Both the position numbers and the translations under genes were made by a program. A DNA stretch of 64,000 bases from Anaerolineae bacterium. GTDB lineage: Bacteria > Chloroflexota > Anaerolineae > UBA1429. This document shows, piece after piece, positions 61,416-64,000 of the stretch (the stretch's first letter is position 1; each line of letters starts with the position of its first letter). Location of the stretch: NCBI GenBank assembly GCA_963675785.1, contig OY776562.1, positions 74,516 through 138,515 of the forward strand. The letters run 5' to 3'. The notes beneath the pieces were generated by a model. The model saw only the letters and a list, made by a program, of their open reading frames with translations, had not been told where the DNA came from and made no database searches.

Positions 61416-62401
61416 GTCTGTTTCTCCTCGGGCGCTTTTGGGCCCAATTTCCACAGAGCGCTAATATCGATGCTCTTGAGCCACACGGCTAATGCACCCA
61501 AAATCAGGATAGTACCATAGATAAGAGCGTGTAATACCAGGGCATAAGACATGCCGGTAGTATCACTGACACCGAATAGCCCGAGGCAGAGTACAGTGAC
61601 GTAGTGGAACACGCCTACCTGGGCTGGTACGCCGGGAATGAGCGCCGAGATGTAATGGCTGACGATAATCAGCAGGGCTCCGGCGGCGGTTGGGGAGATG
61701 TTCAGACCGTAGAACAGAGTGTATTCGGTGGCAAAGCTGGTTAGCCAGATGAGGGCGGTGAGACCAAGAGCTGGCAACAGGCGACCAGAATCCAACAGCA
61801 TACTGAGGCCGTCAAGGCCGGTAGAGAGCAAGTGCCCCAGGCGTTGGGGCAAACGGTTGGCGAATTTGGTGAGCGGTTTACGCAGCCACAGCACCAGGGC
61901 CAGTACTATAAAGATGATAGCGAACACGCCGATAAAGGCCCATGATGCAGTGCGAAACCAATCCGGTAAGGCCAGTACAAAGCCGAGTACCAGCGTGCTG
62001 CCCAACACAGCCAAGGCATCCATGAATTTTAAGACGACCACAAGAGATAGATTAGCGCCCAGGGGCGTTTGCGAGCTTTTGCTGGCTAGATAGGCCTGGG
62101 AGAGTTCGCCAAAGCGGAGTGGCACCACAGCGTTGAGAAATTGTCCGATGATTAAAAAGGCGGTCAGGTCGTTCCAGCGTGGTGCGATATCGGCAGTATA
62201 GAGGCTTTTCCAACGCAGACCTTTGAGGGCTGTGCCGCCCAGAATAAAGAACCAACTGACGATCACCCAGACGATGTTAGCCTGACCAAGAGCATCCCAC
62301 AGGCTTTGCCAGTCGACTGAGCGAGCCGCAAACCAAAACAGGGCTCCTGCAATCAGGAGCCCTATGATGCTCTGCAAGACTCTTTTTCTATCCATAGACA
62401 C
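61412..62401 (-). CDS. Flippase-like membrane protein (lysylphosphatidylglycerol-synthase TM region / UPF0104 family)
   Basis: Eight TM helices and the LKGLRWKSLY pattern typical of PF03706. Its stop overlaps the GT2 start. Confidence 0.6.
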   Translation of the reverse strand: MSMDRKRVLQSIIGLLIAGALFWFAARSVDWQSLWDALGQANIVWVIVSWFFILGGTALKGLRWKSLYTADIAPRWNDLTAFLIIGQFLNAVVPLRFGELSQAYLASKSSQTPLGANLSLVVVLKFMDALAVLGSTLVLGFVLALPDWFRTASWAFIGVFAIIFIVLALVLWLRKPLTKFANRLPQRLGHLLSTGLDGLSMLLDSGRLLPALGLTALIWLTSFATEYTLFYGLNISPTAAGALLIIVSHYISALIPGVPAQVGVFHYVTVLCLGLFGVSDTTGMSYALVLHALIYGTILILGALAVWLKSIDISALWKLGPKAPEEKQT

Positions 62402-62403
62402 TC

Positions 62404-63438
62404 TCAGCCTTTGGTTGGCTTGTCTACTTCGCGACCGGCATAGTGGGCGGCATAATACTGATTATACAGCTCGCCTGACTTGATCTTGCGCCACCACCAC
62501 TCGTTGTCCTCATACCAACGAACGGTTTTTTCCAGCGCCTGCTGAAAATCGTGGCGAGATCTCCAGCCCAATGCGTTGATTTTGTCTACGTTGAGCGCAT
62601 AGCGGCGGTCGTGGCCAGGGCGGTCGGTGATGTATTGCAGCAGCGATTCGGGTTTGCCCAGCATATCCAAAATCATGTGCGCCATATCGATGTTTCGAGT
62701 CGAGGTACCGGTGCCCAGGTTATAAATCTCGCCCAAGGCGCCCTTGTGCATCACAAAATCGATGCCCTCGCAGTGATCCATCACATACTGATAGTCGCGC
62801 ATCTGCAGGCCGTCGCCATAGATGGGCAGCGGCTTGTCATCGATGGCATTGGTTACAAAGACCGGCACTACCTTTTCAGGGTACTGGTAGGGACCAATGT
62901 TGTTCGAGCCGCGAGTAATGGTAACCGGCAAGCCAAAACTGGTGTAATAGGCCAATACCATCAAGTCTCCGCCGGCCTTGGATGCTGAGTAGGGACTGCG
63001 CGTTTCGATGCAATCGGTCTCTACCGAAGCGCCTTCCAGCACCTGGCCATATACTTCGTCAGTACTCACTTGGTGGTAGCGTTCCAGGCCCAGGTCTTTG
63101 GCTGCCTCGAGCAGGGTAAAGGTGCCAAACACGTCCGTCTGCACAAAACTGCCAGCGTCGGTCAGTGAGCGGTCTACATGGGTCTCGGCTGCAAAATTGA
63201 TGATGGTGTCGATTTTATGCGCTTGCAACGTCTCGCGTACCAGCTTGTCGTCGCAAATATCGCCCTGCACAAAAGTGTAACGTGGGTCATCGGCGATGTC
63301 TTTGAGGTTATCGAGGTTGCCGGCGTAGGTCAGCTTGTCGTAAACCAGAATAGAATAATCGGGGTGTTGTTCAAGTGCATAATGGACATAGTTCGAGCCA
63401 ATAAAACCGGCTCCGCCAGTTACCATCAGTCTCTTCAT
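62404..63438 (-). CDS. rfbB: dTDP-glucose 4,6-dehydratase
   Basis: GGAGFIGS Rossmann motif, the YSASKAG catalytic motif, and family-typical length. Start at the internal ATG. Confidence 0.9.
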   Translation of the reverse strand: MKRLMVTGGAGFIGSNYVHYALEQHPDYSILVYDKLTYAGNLDNLKDIADDPRYTFVQGDICDDKLVRETLQAHKIDTIINFAAETHVDRSLTDAGSFVQTDVFGTFTLLEAAKDLGLERYHQVSTDEVYGQVLEGASVETDCIETRSPYSASKAGGDLMVLAYYTSFGLPVTITRGSNNIGPYQYPEKVVPVFVTNAIDDKPLPIYGDGLQMRDYQYVMDHCEGIDFVMHKGALGEIYNLGTGTSTRNIDMAHMILDMLGKPESLLQYITDRPGHDRRYALNVDKINALGWRSRHDFQQALEKTVRWYEDNEWWWRKIKSGELYNQYYAAHYAGREVDKPTKG

Positions 63439-64000
63439 GACAGGCCCTCTGTATTTTGCGCTTGTTGATTGCGGCGGAATGGGCTGGTGAGTTTGCGCCA
63501 TATCTTTTTCGGGTTGGCGTAGCGATGCCACAGATAGCGCGTACGCCGCTTGACGCGGTTTTTGAACTTGCGCTTTTGCGATTCTTCAACCGCCCAATGC
63601 AACCACTTGTAATCTACACCAACGATCTTTTCTTCATCGGGGTTGCGACGATAGCTGCCATGCTCTTTGATGAGGGAAAGGCCGCTCTCAATGCAATAGT
63701 CATAAAGGTCACTGCCCGGGTGCGGCGTGTAAAAAGCTGGACTGTAATAGTCAGGATCGATCTCTTTGAGCATCGAGATCGTCTCCAGCACCTCTTCTTT
63801 AGTCTCGGTAGGCAGGCCCATCATATAGTTGGCCCAGATGGCGATACCGTATTTTTTACAGATTCTGCCAGCTTCGATGTTATGCCAGCGTTTGGTACCC
63901 TTACGGATGAAGCGTAAAACGCGGTCGCTGCCGCTCTCAAAGCCGATGAAATAACCGCGCAGTCCTGCTTTGGCCATCAATGCTACCAGATCCTCGTTCT
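63435..64000 (-). CDS. Radical SAM domain protein (B12-binding-radical-SAM-like), partial; the 5' end lies beyond the window
   Basis: C-terminal region (GLRGYFIGFESGSDRVLRFIRKGT...) typical of the radical SAM core end. The ORF is open to the window edge. Confidence 0.55.
   Translation of the reverse strand, partial: NEDLVALMAKAGLRGYFIGFESGSDRVLRFIRKGTKRWHNIEAGRICKKYGIAIWANYMMGLPTETKEEVLETISMLKEIDPDYYSPAFYTPHPGSDLYDYCIESGLSLIKEHGSYRRNPDEEKIVGVDYKWLHWAVEESQKRKFKNRVKRRTRYLWHRYANPKKIWRKLTSPFRRNQQAQNTEGLS

Overview
This is a 64 kb, roughly 53% GC window from a bacterial chromosome. It is coding-dense, mostly plus-strand, and has frequent GTG/TTG starts. Gene content such as rpsO-pnp-lepB, ligA and argJ, together with lipoprotein signals and an FtsX-type permease, suggests a Chloroflexota-like lineage, but that is inference.

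From start to end I see:
- 1-9.8 kb: a DUF1801 gene, a 3' fragment of a nucleoside phosphorylase, a B3/4-domain gene, a TetR-controlled ABC/FtsX efflux unit, a GH2 beta-mannosidase-like gene and a lipoprotein.
- 9.9-24.4 kb: an accessory-looking island of small modifying and housekeeping-hydrolase genes. It holds six GNATs, an ANT(6)/APH pair and a second nucleotidyltransferase, plus NUDIX, MazG-like, histidine phosphatase, two HAD, methyltransferase and HD genes. Several genes here are frameshifted or fragmentary.
- 24.5-27.8 kb: the conserved rpsO-pnp-lepB block with its classic intergenic hairpin.
- 28.3-35.8 kb: a six-gene peptide/nickel-type ABC importer with two substrate-binding proteins.
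- 35.9-37.5 kb: an ECF sigma factor translationally coupled to a tail-anchored protein, divergent from a membrane-anchored SH3 protein.
- 37.6-45.9 kb: a tight co-directional string of ligA, an MrfA/YprA-like helicase whose C-terminal region carries an apparently intact HNH nuclease motif, and an asymmetric heterodimeric ABC exporter pair. I consider this the most interesting locus in the window.
- 45.9-49.1 kb: a sugar-phosphate isomerase, a short DUF1059 ORF missed by the ORF track, a lipoamide-dehydrogenase-family flavoprotein, and tRNA-Leu(UAA) on the minus strand.
- 49.2-64 kb: polysaccharide and cell-envelope genes (two GT4, a WbaP-like priming transferase, GT2 plus a flippase-like gene, rfbB, a partial radical SAM gene), interleaved with an M20 peptidase, argJ, a large lipoprotein, cyclophilin-like and MhpD-like genes, a HAD hydrolase and galK.

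I found no CRISPR array, rRNA, transposase or integrase. At least five genes look broken by single-nucleotide deletions or truncation, which points to either systematic indel errors in the assembly or ongoing gene decay.
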